A stretch of DNA of 64,000 nucleotides. Origin: Candidatus Peribacteria bacterium (GTDB lineage Bacteria > Patescibacteriota > Gracilibacteria > Peribacterales > Peribacteraceae). A program made the position numbers and the translations under genes. The notes below the pieces were generated by a model. The model searched no databases and had not been told where the DNA came from. It worked only from the letters and a program-made list of their open reading frames with translations. Of the stretch, positions 28,330 to 38,454 are shown one piece after another. The stretch is from the NCBI GenBank assembly GCA_041691135.1, contig JBEPVF010000001.1, forward strand, positions 32,001 to 96,000, in the 5' to 3' direction. Numbering within the stretch: position 1 is the first letter of the stretch; every line of letters begins with the position of its first letter.

Positions 28330-30222
28330 ATGCGGAAATTTTCTTTCGTCTTGCACAGAGATGTGCAACGCTTTCCCCGAAAAATCGCCACCTCTCTTTT
28401 GGTGCTAACACTATGCTCCACTTTGGCGTGGGCATGGTCAACTGGTCCGGTCGTGAAGGCTGCCGATCAGAGTCCCAACCTCGAAAGCTGGTGGCCGGCT
28501 GATGGCGCCAAGCTGTCTGGTGTTCAGCCTTTTAAGGCGCTCATGAAGGATCGCGCCGCGGATACGTACGATATGTATTGGCAAGTCGATGGCGGTCAGC
28601 TCAATCCAATGCAAACCAATTCGCAAGATGACCCGCATAAAGAGTCGCAGGTGGATCTATCGAGCTGGAATTGGAATGCCTCCGGAAAATATAGCATCAC
28701 CTTTGTGGCTGTGGACCCGCAGGGACAAACTGTCGGCCAACGGACTCTGACAATCCAGAAGGATGGCGTGACACCCGTGGTGGCCCAAGCTCCTTCAAGC
28801 AGTTCGTCTTCCAGTCAAAGCAGCATAAGCTCTTTCTCTTCATCCCTGATTTCTTCGTCAATCAATCAAACGGCGAGTGTCGCATCGGTAAATTCACAAT
28901 CGACTTCGTCAGCCGTTTCGGTTGCGAGCAGCACACCCGTCGCCCAGCAGAGGAAGCTCAATATTTGGTGGCCGATCAACGGCGTAACAGTACAGGGCAG
29001 TCAGCCGCTTAAGGCGCAGTTGGAAAACACTGACATGCAAGCCTACAACGTAACATGGGATGTCGACGGCGGTCAGTTGAACCCGATGGTCAGTAATTAT
29101 AAAGATGCGCCGCACAAAGAGGCACAGGTCGATGTAAGCGGTTGGAAGTGGCATGGCAGCGGTCCGTACGTTCTCACCTTTAGAGCAACGGACGCCAACA
29201 AGCATCTCATTGCAACGCAAAGTGTGACGATATATAACGGATCACCTGATCAAATCGGCGTACCGGTATCGTCTGTACAGTCGACATTGTCGAACTCAAC
29301 ATCATCGAATTCATCGCAGATTGTGGTTAATTTGGGCCCGACGAATAATCTTTTTGCCGGGGCGAAATTATACGTGAATCAGAATTCCGATGCCAAACAT
29401 CAGGCCGATGCATGGCGACAGAGTCGTCCGGCGGATGCGGTGCAATTGGATAAGATCGCCGCGCAGCCCGAGACGTGGTGGTTCGGCAACTGGAACAGCA
29501 ACCTTTCCGGTGATGTGAGCAACGCGATCAATACGGCAAAAAATCAAAATGCCCTTCCGGTCTTCGTCGCCTATAATATCCCGCAGCGTGATTGCGGCGG
29601 TTATTCATCCGGTGGTTCATCGGACAGCGATGCGTACCGTACATGGATCCGCACGCTTGCCAGTGGCATCGGCAACAATAAAGCTGTCGTTATCCTCGAG
29701 CCCGATGCGTTGGCAGGCATGACGTGTCTGTCTCAGGGCGATCAGGATACACGCGTGTCACTCCTCAAGGAGGCGGTGCAAACGCTGAAATCGCAGGGCA
29801 ACGTCGCGGTGTATCTCGATGCCGGACATCCGGGCTGGATAGACAGCGCCGATATGGCATCCCGGCTGAAGCGTGCAGGCATTGACCAAGCCGACGGGTT
29901 TGCACTGAATGTTTCAAACTTCAGTACCGATGATGCGAACAAGTCCTACGGGGAGGCCATCTCGCGCAACGTGAACGGCAAACACTTCATCGTCGACACG
30001 GGACGCAATGGACTCGGCCCGGCGGGCAATAACGAATGGTGTAACCCGTGGGGACGTGCACTCGGTCGCAAACCGACGACGGATACCGGCAACGGTCTGA
30101 TCGATGCCTACCTGTGGGTGAAGGGGCCGGGCGGTTCCGATGGGCAATGCAACGGCGGTCCGGCAGCCGGAATTTGGTGGGGGGACTATGCATTGGGCTT
30201 GGCGCAGAAGGCGGCTTGGTAA
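28330..30222 (+). CDS. Glycoside hydrolase family 6 (cellulase-like) with two N-terminal repeat domains
   Basis: GH6 motifs YNIPQRDC, ILEPDAL, YLDAGH, NVSNF, DTGRNG, WCNP, DAYLWVK..G.SDG; duplicated 'WWP..G...G.QP.KA...W.VDGGQLNPM...PHKE.QVD.S.W.W' module. Confidence 0.93.
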   Translation: MRKFSFVLHRDVQRFPRKIATSLLVLTLCSTLAWAWSTGPVVKAADQSPNLESWWPADGAKLSGVQPFKALMKDRAADTYDMYWQVDGGQLNPMQTNSQDDPHKESQVDLSSWNWNASGKYSITFVAVDPQGQTVGQRTLTIQKDGVTPVVAQAPSSSSSSSQSSISSFSSSLISSSINQTASVASVNSQSTSSAVSVASSTPVAQQRKLNIWWPINGVTVQGSQPLKAQLENTDMQAYNVTWDVDGGQLNPMVSNYKDAPHKEAQVDVSGWKWHGSGPYVLTFRATDANKHLIATQSVTIYNGSPDQIGVPVSSVQSTLSNSTSSNSSQIVVNLGPTNNLFAGAKLYVNQNSDAKHQADAWRQSRPADAVQLDKIAAQPETWWFGNWNSNLSGDVSNAINTAKNQNALPVFVAYNIPQRDCGGYSSGGSSDSDAYRTWIRTLASGIGNNKAVVILEPDALAGMTCLSQGDQDTRVSLLKEAVQTLKSQGNVAVYLDAGHPGWIDSADMASRLKRAGIDQADGFALNVSNFSTDDANKSYGEAISRNVNGKHFIVDTGRNGLGPAGNNEWCNPWGRALGRKPTTDTGNGLIDAYLWVKGPGGSDGQCNGGPAAGIWWGDYALGLAQKAAW

Positions 30223-30308
30223 ATGGAAATAAAAAATCAGAAGATAAAATTCAGCTACCGCACAACTCCCAATGTTCGAATGATTGCATTGGGAGTTGGC
30301 CGTGGCAT

Positions 30309-33137
30309 TCACACTGTTATCCCGTTCGCATTCTCGGTGTGGCTCCACTGCCACAACATAAACCAGTACCAACTTTTTTCGTAGAACGAGGATGAGTTGG
30401 GCAGTCGCAATTCGCCGGGTGCGAAGACGAATGACTCCAGTACACTCTTGGCTTGCGACGGGTTCGTTACGGTCCACACGCTAACCGGTGCGGCGAGCGA
30501 ACCCATATCAAAGTGGCAGGTGTCGGTGGTCGAAGAGAAAATGTACAAATTGCAGAGGCGATTGTCGCTGTTCCATTCGGTATCGTACGCGGTGATCTTG
30601 CTAAGATAGCTGCTCGCGGCCGGGTCATGCGATGTTGTGGAGTCCTGTGCGACGCGCCACAGCGTTCGAAATGCATCGAATGACACGTCGAGACTGCCGG
30701 GCTTGGCGCTGAACGGCGCGTAGGTATTCGTGCTCAGATCAAGCTGCATCCAATCGGGCGGCATGTATTTGCCTTTCTGACTTTCCACCAATTGCGAACC
30801 GGCCAGCAAGTCCTGATACCCCGTTTGTATCACGCCTTGCCAATCGTGCGATGGATCGAACTGTGCGAACAAGCGGTACGCCTGGGGAGAAAAATAGGAT
30901 GGATTGATGACCAGTGTGCCCGATTCGCTGGCCCAATTGCCGGCGATGACATGTCTGCCGCTGTCGGAAACTGCTGTTTCCCGTGACCAAATTCCGGCGA
31001 TGATGGGCTTGGCATCCGCAATGTACGCCGGCTTCGCCCATCGTTGTCCGGCCAGTAGCAGCGTGTTTGCCATATCCGTGTCGGCGTCGGTGGCTGAATT
31101 GGAATCATCGATCACCGCTCGTCCTGCTGCATCCACCGTGAACTTCCAGGCGAACAATCCGTCGGGCCGTCGTAAGTGCGTCTTCGTCCACTGCCATACA
31201 CGGTCGAATGTTTCGGGATCATCCACGCGCAGCGCCTGCATCATCGCATAACTCTGTGATTCGGTATTGCCTTTGCGGTTTTCATCCAGATAGTAGCCGT
31301 TCTCAAAATCAGGTTTCAGGCGGTTCCAATAAAAATCAAGCAGCTCACTCTTTACCGTGCCTTTGGAATCGGCCAGTTCCTGTGCCGTCAACTTGATCGG
31401 TTGAGGTTCGCGCATCGTTGCGTAGACAGTGGAGGGATTCCAGTTGCTCAGGGCCGGATTGAGCGCTGGAATAGTACTGACACTGTATCCGCGTTTTTTT
31501 ACGGCTTGCAGCAGGTGGTTCTCGTTGAGTTTGTACAGACGCCGCTCGCCGTTTTGGAGGACAAGATCGTAGTACTGCGTAAATTCTTTCGAATCGCCCC
31601 ATTGGCGCAGGACCGGTTCGTGCTGCTTTGCCCAGTCGTCACGTTGTTTGGTGGGATCGTGCATGATCACCCACTGCGCGAAGAACCATGGCTCCTTCAT
31701 GACCTGGTCGAAGTAGCGGTAGTTGCCCTCATAAATATAATCGTTGAGTGGCACGCCCGCCGCGGCAAAAATAGGATCGTTGTCCACGCGGGCCGACAGA
31801 ACTTTACCGTTGGTGTAGTGAGCTTTGAGATAGTCTGCCACCTCGATCTGTGCCGCAACCGGCGAATTGAAATTACGCCTGATCACATCGAAGTGACCGA
31901 TGAACACGATGCGAATGAACTGATAGGCCATGAAGATGATGAGCAATCCAAGCAGCACCCGTCCGAGTGAGCGGATGAACGAGTGGAGCCATACACGTGC
32001 GCCGGTCATTCGTTCGAATTCATGGAAAAGAAGGATCGGCGCCAGTACGGCGAAGCCGAGCCATGTAAGGCTGTAGCGGTCGTTGTGGAAGATATTGTAT
32101 GGCGGCAGTTCCGGCACGTTGATGGTGATCGATCCGGTGTACAGTGCGATGAAGACGAAGATGAGCGGACTGCCGAGTACGAACAGCGTCGCGTACGGTT
32201 GGAGGCGACGGTGCTGTACTGCCAATAATCCCAAGAAACTCGCGCCGGAAATCACCACCAGCGGTTGACCGATGATGTAATAGGATGCGGCCATCGCATC
32301 ACGAAACGTGTTGAGCAGATTGAAGCGTGCCGGGCGCAGACTGGCCGCCGGATCGCGCAACCAATCGCCGCCGGTAAAGGCCAACGGGTTATGGCCGTAG
32401 ACCCAGCTGTAGAGCATCACGAGGAAGACGCCGATGACGGCCAGTACGCCGAACAGAATGAGCAGCGCTTCCATTTCGGCATACTTCTTCCGGCGGCGCA
32501 CGAGCTCGATCAGGACGATGCTGCCCACGATCGGCAGCAGCAAAAATCCTTCGAAGCGCGACAGGCATGCCAGCGTGATGAACAGGCCGGTCAGGAGCAA
32601 CGTATGGAGCTTGCCGGTATCCAGCCACCCCAGCAGAAAGTACGCCACGGCAAACAGGTTGGTCATGAACAGGATCTCCATCATCGGAGTGACCGAGTAG
32701 TAGAGAATGTACGGATTGAGAACAAAGAGCACGCCGGCCACAAGTCCCATCGTCTCGCTTTTGGTCAGCCGCAGCGTGATTCTATAGAGGAGGAAAACGC
32801 ATATCATCAGGCAGGGCACCAGCACGAATGCGCCGGCCAGGCCCGTGCTGTACAGCAGCGGAACGGCGACGAACGGGATCATCAGAATATGCAGAAGCGG
32901 CGGCCAGAATCCGAGCTGGCTGACACCGGGTGTCAGGCTGTCAAAGGTGAGTCGCGAGAAATTCAAATGTGAACTCTGATCGGTGAGAGCTTTGGTGAGA
33001 CCGCTCTGGTACACGTACCAGGCCATCACGATGCCCATGAGGAAAACGAAGACAAGCAGCGGGAACTCGACAGTCGAGAACCGCTTAAGACGCAACGGGG
33101 ATAGTCGCATAAACGGGAGTGAGTAAGTGTTTGCCAT
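30309..33137 (-). CDS. Fusion of a GT-C (PMT/ArnT-like) membrane glycosyltransferase and a GH8 glycoside hydrolase
   Basis: N-terminal ~11 TM with 'DQSSHLN', 'WPPLLH', 'MMEILF', 'SRFEG'; C-terminal 'TESQSYAM', 'GLFAWK', 'NSATDADTDMA', 'INPSYFSP', 'FDAFRTLWR'. Start 33137 or 33110. Confidence 0.88.
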   Translation of the reverse strand: MANTYSLPFMRLSPLRLKRFSTVEFPLLVFVFLMGIVMAWYVYQSGLTKALTDQSSHLNFSRLTFDSLTPGVSQLGFWPPLLHILMIPFVAVPLLYSTGLAGAFVLVPCLMICVFLLYRITLRLTKSETMGLVAGVLFVLNPYILYYSVTPMMEILFMTNLFAVAYFLLGWLDTGKLHTLLLTGLFITLACLSRFEGFLLLPIVGSIVLIELVRRRKKYAEMEALLILFGVLAVIGVFLVMLYSWVYGHNPLAFTGGDWLRDPAASLRPARFNLLNTFRDAMAASYYIIGQPLVVISGASFLGLLAVQHRRLQPYATLFVLGSPLIFVFIALYTGSITINVPELPPYNIFHNDRYSLTWLGFAVLAPILLFHEFERMTGARVWLHSFIRSLGRVLLGLLIIFMAYQFIRIVFIGHFDVIRRNFNSPVAAQIEVADYLKAHYTNGKVLSARVDNDPIFAAAGVPLNDYIYEGNYRYFDQVMKEPWFFAQWVIMHDPTKQRDDWAKQHEPVLRQWGDSKEFTQYYDLVLQNGERRLYKLNENHLLQAVKKRGYSVSTIPALNPALSNWNPSTVYATMREPQPIKLTAQELADSKGTVKSELLDFYWNRLKPDFENGYYLDENRKGNTESQSYAMMQALRVDDPETFDRVWQWTKTHLRRPDGLFAWKFTVDAAGRAVIDDSNSATDADTDMANTLLLAGQRWAKPAYIADAKPIIAGIWSRETAVSDSGRHVIAGNWASESGTLVINPSYFSPQAYRLFAQFDPSHDWQGVIQTGYQDLLAGSQLVESQKGKYMPPDWMQLDLSTNTYAPFSAKPGSLDVSFDAFRTLWRVAQDSTTSHDPAASSYLSKITAYDTEWNSDNRLCNLYIFSSTTDTCHFDMGSLAAPVSVWTVTNPSQAKSVLESFVFAPGELRLPNSSSFYEKSWYWFMLWQWSHTENANGITV

Positions 33138-35391
33138 GCTTGGTCTTTTCCCACTGATGTGGTTTGAAAATCAAATGCACACAGCCTCGCAGTGAGGCAT
33201 AGGCGAGCATGAGCCAGTAGAAAAATGAGAGCAGACTGTATTTCACCAGACTGTAGCGCTCACGCTTGTATGACCCGAGAAGATTTAGGAACATGAACGT
33301 GAAGTTTCCAAAGGCGAACGAGAAGATGGAGATGTACAAAACGGGGCCTGGAAAAAGTTGCTGGATCGCAGTCGATTGTGTCACGAACCACGCGCCGAGC
33401 AGCACCCAGAAGAACAGGTTGATGATATTCATGACTACGCTGCCCGGGACGAGTACCAGAAAAGCCAGTAACTTCGACCAGCCGCCCAGTTCGTTCTTCA
33501 ATCGCAACGGATGTCGCAAATGTACGATGCTCGTTTGCACGAATCCTTCCATCCATCGCGACCGCTGCGCGACCCATGCGCCGATGCTGCACGTCGCTTC
33601 TTCCTGGCTGCGCGAATCCATCATCTCGGTTTTGTAACCTTTGCGGAACAGACGAATGCCCATGTCGCAATCTTCGGTAAGATTGTACGGATCCCATGCG
33701 CCGATATCTTCCAGGACATCGCGTCGGAAATGCGTACTATGGCCGGACAGCGGAACCACGTATCCGAGTTTTTGAATGCCCGGCAGAAACAAGTCGTAGT
33801 GGAACGAGAATTCGGCGTTGAAAAGTTTGGTAATCCAATTCTGCTCGGCATTGTAATGGTCGAGTTGTGTTTGGAAGCAGGCGATATCGGGATGCTTTTT
33901 GAAGGCCAAGTATGCTTTTTTCAGCTGATCGGGATCGGGAATAATCTCGGCATCGTAGATGACGAGGAACTCGCCGCTCGTCTGTAAGAAAGCCACGTTA
34001 AGTGCTTTGGGCTTCGTCTTCGGCTTTACGTCCGGCAGGATCAGCGTGCGGAAATGCGCCGGCATACCGGCCTGAGCGATCGCATCGATCGTCTCGTGGT
34101 CGTACTCTTCCAGGGTGATGATGATATCGAGCTTGTCGACCGGGTAATCGATACGGGACATGGCCGTGACAATCTGAGGAATCACTTCCGCCTCCTTATA
34201 AAGGGGGATCAAAATGGTGTAGATCGGCAATTCTTCGTCGGTGATCGCCGCTATGTCATCCGGTTTAAAACTGACCGGTTTGCGCTGCATGCCGGCGCGT
34301 ACGATTCGGAGCTTGAACACGATGAGTCCCAAGTAAACCAATGCGAGCATGCCCGACAGAATGAGCAGCGGCGAGTAGCCGGTAACCGCACTCAGTAAAC
34401 CAATACCCGCGCCAATCACGAGCAACGAAACAACGAGCAGGACGACGGTTTCGCGGAAAAAATGTTTTCGCGTGCTCACAATGTCCGGCAAGAACAAGAA
34501 GTCATCGGTGTTGGTGAATCCGCGCGTGTGATATTCCGAGATGTGTGGATAGAACAAGAAAGGAAGAATGTCTTTCGGCAGATAACTCAGGCGGAGTGTG
34601 ACGGATCCGACGATGAGTTCGAAAGCGGTGAGAATGGTATTCACGTGGCTTTGTCCGTATTTTCGATCTTCAAACACGATATCCGTCTGACCGATACGGT
34701 AACCAAGCCGCTTGGCATGATACAAAAATTGGTAGTCGAATCCCCAGGCTGACGGGTGCATTTTTACATGGTGCAAAATATCGGCGCGGAATACTTTCAA
34801 ACCCGATTGCACATCCGTTTTCAGTCCCAGGACAAAATGTCCGAAGATGCGTTGATAGGTGCGACTGAGAAAAGTGCGCAGCCCGGAAGTGCGTCGAATG
34901 CGGCGATTGCCGACCACGATGTCGTACTCCTGCATCAGTTCCACCATGTCGGGGATTTTCTCGGGCGGGTACTGCAGATCGGCATCGATCATTGCTATCA
35001 CTTCGCCTTTGGCCTGTTGAAATCCTTCTATCAATGAGTACGCTTTGCCGCGCTCTCCTTTTTTGGTCAGCACACGGATTGGCGATGATGCCGAGAATGA
35101 TCGGATCATTTCGGCTGAACGGTCGTTGGAACGGTCGTCGACGAAGATGAGTTCATAGCCGTATTCAGCACCTTGCATGCTCTTCATGATTCTCTGAATC
35201 AACGGACGCAGATTGGGACGTTCGTTATAAACGGGAACGATGATGCTCAGAAACACGGCATCCTTCTGTTTGCGTTTCGCATGCTGCTGCCCAATTCCAC
35301 GTTCGTATCGTTTTTTGACCGACTCGCGAAACGAGGCGACGGGTGTGCTGGTTACAGCAGGCGACTCTACAAGAGTCCGGAGCGGATTCAT
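33085..35391 (-). CDS. Double GT2: polyprenol-P-sugar synthase-like domain plus a processive membrane GT2
   Basis: Domain 1: LSIIVPVYNE, VDDRSND, IDADLQYPP. Domain 2: LIPLYKE, KPKALN, YDAE, LTEDCDMG, QRSRW, and WEKTKHG after the TM helices. Confidence 0.93.
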   Translation of the reverse strand: MNPLRTLVESPAVTSTPVASFRESVKKRYERGIGQQHAKRKQKDAVFLSIIVPVYNERPNLRPLIQRIMKSMQGAEYGYELIFVDDRSNDRSAEMIRSFSASSPIRVLTKKGERGKAYSLIEGFQQAKGEVIAMIDADLQYPPEKIPDMVELMQEYDIVVGNRRIRRTSGLRTFLSRTYQRIFGHFVLGLKTDVQSGLKVFRADILHHVKMHPSAWGFDYQFLYHAKRLGYRIGQTDIVFEDRKYGQSHVNTILTAFELIVGSVTLRLSYLPKDILPFLFYPHISEYHTRGFTNTDDFLFLPDIVSTRKHFFRETVVLLVVSLLVIGAGIGLLSAVTGYSPLLILSGMLALVYLGLIVFKLRIVRAGMQRKPVSFKPDDIAAITDEELPIYTILIPLYKEAEVIPQIVTAMSRIDYPVDKLDIIITLEEYDHETIDAIAQAGMPAHFRTLILPDVKPKTKPKALNVAFLQTSGEFLVIYDAEIIPDPDQLKKAYLAFKKHPDIACFQTQLDHYNAEQNWITKLFNAEFSFHYDLFLPGIQKLGYVVPLSGHSTHFRRDVLEDIGAWDPYNLTEDCDMGIRLFRKGYKTEMMDSRSQEEATCSIGAWVAQRSRWMEGFVQTSIVHLRHPLRLKNELGGWSKLLAFLVLVPGSVVMNIINLFFWVLLGAWFVTQSTAIQQLFPGPVLYISIFSFAFGNFTFMFLNLLGSYKRERYSLVKYSLLSFFYWLMLAYASLRGCVHLIFKPHQWEKTKHGKHLLTPVYATIPVAS

Positions 35392-35629
35392 GATCAAGCG
35401 GGTGAAGAGTGTGCCAAAGGTTCACAGTTGTGACGCGGTACGTTGACAGCTCTTACCAGAAACGAGTCGGCGTTGATTTTTTTCAATTTCGTCGAAACGC
35501 ATGTGAAATAAAAACGACAATTTTGTTGTCGTAACGGTGCAGAAAGACAAGAATGACCGGTTGATGTTACTCATCATGACAGACATCGTGTGCATCATTG
35601 TTGCATCTTTGACGTTGCAGAAAATTTAA

Positions 35630-36322
35630 TTACATGGTGTCGATAGCCTGAGCGTAGACGACAAGTCGTTTGTCGTAATGTCCAAGCGAACGGTCCCAAT
35701 TGCCGGCACACGTGATGATGTTCAGCAGATGATCGTCGCTCTCGCCGAAGATAGTCTGCATCGGCGCCGTACGTACGTCGTACACTTGCATATCCCGCAC
35801 GCGGAAATCGCGCTTAGCGCCATTTTCATCAGTCACACTGATGATGTCATCGATTTTCACATTATGGAGATTCCAGAAAATGCCGGATCCCTTGGATGAA
35901 TCAAGATGTCCGTCCAAAATTGCTTTTCCTTTCTCTCCCGGTTTCGGACCCAGCGTGTACCAACCGACTTTCGTCGGATCCGGCACATCCAACTTGCCAT
36001 CGGGCAGCAGACCGACGTCTGTGACGGTCGCAGTCAGCTTGATGCTGGGAATAGAGAGAACACGCGGTTCGCCCGCTTTTTGTACCGGTTGTGCGACTGC
36101 CACTGTGGTAGTGGCTATCGCTGTTTGAGCAGGTGGATGACGTTGAACAACGGTCTTTCGTCTGATTCTTCCGGCCTCCGGCAGTTGCGTGGGTTCGGCT
36201 TCTGCCGCTTCCGAACGATGAGCGATGGCATGTAGCGCCCACGTCAGCTGTAATCCGCTGACGACAAGGAAGAGGATCGTGGACGCGAGGAAAGCGCGCG
36301 CAAAAGGGTGGGAGCGGGACAT
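35630..36322 (-). CDS. Class F sortase
   Basis: N-terminal TM; 'VGWY..GPKPGEKGKAILDGH', 'LNIITCAG', 'YDKRLVVYA'. Confidence 0.92.
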   Translation of the reverse strand: MSRSHPFARAFLASTILFLVVSGLQLTWALHAIAHRSEAAEAEPTQLPEAGRIRRKTVVQRHPPAQTAIATTTVAVAQPVQKAGEPRVLSIPSIKLTATVTDVGLLPDGKLDVPDPTKVGWYTLGPKPGEKGKAILDGHLDSSKGSGIFWNLHNVKIDDIISVTDENGAKRDFRVRDMQVYDVRTAPMQTIFGESDDHLLNIITCAGNWDRSLGHYDKRLVVYAQAIDTM

Positions 36323-36505
36323 ACTCAAGTGTTATAACTGGCTTGTGCAAGCCTACCAAGAAAAATCAGGAGTTTTTTGGTAAGAAAAAGGTGAGTTGCC
36401 GTCTCATTACCCAATTTTTGCGCTACAAGGAGCGCTGCACTTCGAACGTGGCTCTTTGGCCAGAGGGCGGGCATAATTCATGTACGTGCTCATTGTTTTA
36501 CATAT

Positions 36506-36593
36506 GCCGCTGTGGTGGAAAGGTAGACACGGGGGACTTAAAATCCCCTGCTCGTTACAGAGCGTCTCGGTTCAAGTCCGAGCGGCGGCACCA
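36506..36593 (+). tRNA. tRNA-Leu (anticodon TAA), CCA encoded
   Basis: GCCGCTG/CGGCGGC acceptor stem, D-loop GGTAGAC, anticodon arm GGGGA-CTTAAAA-TCCCC, long variable arm, GGTTCAAGTCC, ACCA. Confidence 0.96.
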
Positions 36594-36614
36594 CGTAAAA
36601 GATGAAGAGAGCCT

Positions 36615-37187
36615 CTATGTGGCCACCTGGTCGCTCTCATGTGGCGCAGTTAACACTCTTATAATCTCCCCACACGTTTCCTCTGGAGTTTTTCCTTCGG
36701 TATAGATGATGAATTTTGCGATGTCCCAAAATGTTTTGTCTTTGAAATAGAGCACGTTGAAATCCTCCTCGTCATCAGCAAGCTCATTACGTTTACGCAA
36801 AATATCGAGCGATTCTTTTACGTTGCCCGTAGGCAGTAAAAGAAAAATATTGGCATAAGGCGTCAAAGCCTCAAGTATTCGTTTTTGCTTCTTTTGGTCT
36901 GGAACTATCGGATGGCCACCACCCAAATCAAAAATGCCATTTTGATGCGCAGCCAAAAAACGTATGACAGTCTCATCAAAAAAGCTACGTGCATACTCAT
37001 AGGCAGCAAAGGGTCCTTGCTTTTGCTTGAGTAGGTCATAGTGATTGATGTCGTATCCCAGTGGAGCTGTGTACTTTTGCTCTTCTTCATCAAGAGAATA
37101 GAAGGGCACCGAAAATTTTTGAGCGAGCAATTGCCCGACGGTTGTTTTTCCAGCTCCGATAGGCCCTATAAGTATGACTGGCTGCAT
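36615..37187 (-). CDS. Shikimate kinase-like P-loop kinase
   Basis: 'VILIGPIGAGKTTVG', 'SLD', 'DLGGG', 'TEGKTPEE'; visibly more AT-rich than its neighbours. Confidence 0.8.
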   Translation of the reverse strand: MQPVILIGPIGAGKTTVGQLLAQKFSVPFYSLDEEEQKYTAPLGYDINHYDLLKQKQGPFAAYEYARSFFDETVIRFLAAHQNGIFDLGGGHPIVPDQKKQKRILEALTPYANIFLLLPTGNVKESLDILRKRNELADDEEDFNVLYFKDKTFWDIAKFIIYTEGKTPEETCGEIIRVLTAPHESDQVAT

Positions 37188-37206
37188 GTTTGTGACTATA
37201 TCATCC

Positions 37207-38352
37207 TCAAATCGGTAACGCCTCCAATTGCGGCGACTTCGGCAATTCCTGTCCCTTCTCGCCCACTTTCAGCGGCTGAGCCGTGATGGGATCGACTTCC
37301 TGTGCCACGATAATGAGGCGACGCAGAGTGGTGCCGACCGGCGTGCAGGTCATCAGCGTGGAAATGCGACGATCGCTTGGTTGGTCGAGAACCGAAATGT
37401 CCGACGGCTTCACCTCCTTCTTCGTTTCGATGATGTACCGATGCTTGTCGCCGTTGAAGTACACCACATACTCATCACCGACGTTCAATTCGCTCAGGCG
37501 CGCGAAGACGGTTTTAAATTGTCCTGAGTCCCACGGGTAGTACGAACTGTGTCCGGTGATGAAAAAGTTGCCGGCCTGACCCGGACGAGCCGTACCGGGA
37601 TAGTGAACGACGCCGCGTTGCAGCGCGCTCTGAATATCTTTCTCCACTTGTGACCAGTCTTCTTTGAGTAGTGCCGCATACGAGGGCTCGACGAGCGGCA
37701 CGTTCAATCCGAGCTTGGGAATGATCATGCGATTATCGGGCGGGCCGGCCGGCGGCAAAAAACTCAGCAGGTTTCCCACCGAACGCGCGTCGCTGTTCGG
37801 CGAATTTAAAAAGTCGGATGTCAATATTTGCTGGGTCACATCCACGGTCGGTCCGTGGAGGAAGGGTCGCACGTACGACTGACCGATTTCCCAGTAGCTC
37901 TGAAAGTTGAGGGTCAGGAACAGGATGCCAAAGATGACGGTGAATGTGCCGCCGAAGCGAAAGATATCCAGGAAGAACAAGGTCATCCGGCTGTATTGCT
38001 TCACGCGTTTTTTGCCGGATCGAATCACCACTGGCCGCGTGAGAAAACGCCACAGGCGCGTGAACATGCCTTCTGATTCTTCCTCAATATCATCCAGCAT
38101 CGATCGCGCGGACGAGATGCTCACCGAATACTGCTGAATTCCTTCGTGTACGGCGCGACGTGTGAGCACCGACAGTTCGGCGAGTTGTTCGTGAATGCGT
38201 ACGCTGTGGGACGACTGATCTTCGCGGACTGGAATGCGCTGCTCAGGGTGTACGGTTTCCTGCACATCGCTGGTCAGCATATGCGGTTCGATCGGCAGGA
38301 CGATATTGCCGTCCTGGTCGTACGTGGCCCGATGTGGAAAGGGAGTATCCAA
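37207..38352 (-). CDS. Sortase (class D/E-like) with long N-terminal cytoplasmic region
   Basis: TM then 'MIIPKLGLNVP', 'GVVHYPGTARPGQAGNFFITGHSS', 'TLMTCTPVGTTLRRLII'. Confidence 0.93.
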   Translation of the reverse strand: MDTPFPHRATYDQDGNIVLPIEPHMLTSDVQETVHPEQRIPVREDQSSHSVRIHEQLAELSVLTRRAVHEGIQQYSVSISSARSMLDDIEEESEGMFTRLWRFLTRPVVIRSGKKRVKQYSRMTLFFLDIFRFGGTFTVIFGILFLTLNFQSYWEIGQSYVRPFLHGPTVDVTQQILTSDFLNSPNSDARSVGNLLSFLPPAGPPDNRMIIPKLGLNVPLVEPSYAALLKEDWSQVEKDIQSALQRGVVHYPGTARPGQAGNFFITGHSSYYPWDSGQFKTVFARLSELNVGDEYVVYFNGDKHRYIIETKKEVKPSDISVLDQPSDRRISTLMTCTPVGTTLRRLIIVAQEVDPITAQPLKVGEKGQELPKSPQLEALPI

Positions 38353-38454
38353 AATCCTTATATTATAGCAGAAAAGTCGTTATTTGACGAACGATGATTT
38401 AGTGAGTTATGCGTGATTTCTTTCACTCTATTGACGATCTGCACAGTCTCTGCC

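Noticed and set aside
35400-35625. c-di-GMP riboswitch upstream of the GT2 gene
   Set aside because: No GEMM-type GGCAAA/GNRA-receptor pattern recognisable by eye.
36506-38400. Prophage or integrative element at tRNA-Leu(TAA)
   Set aside because: No integrase, no phage genes and no duplicated tRNA 3' end seen.
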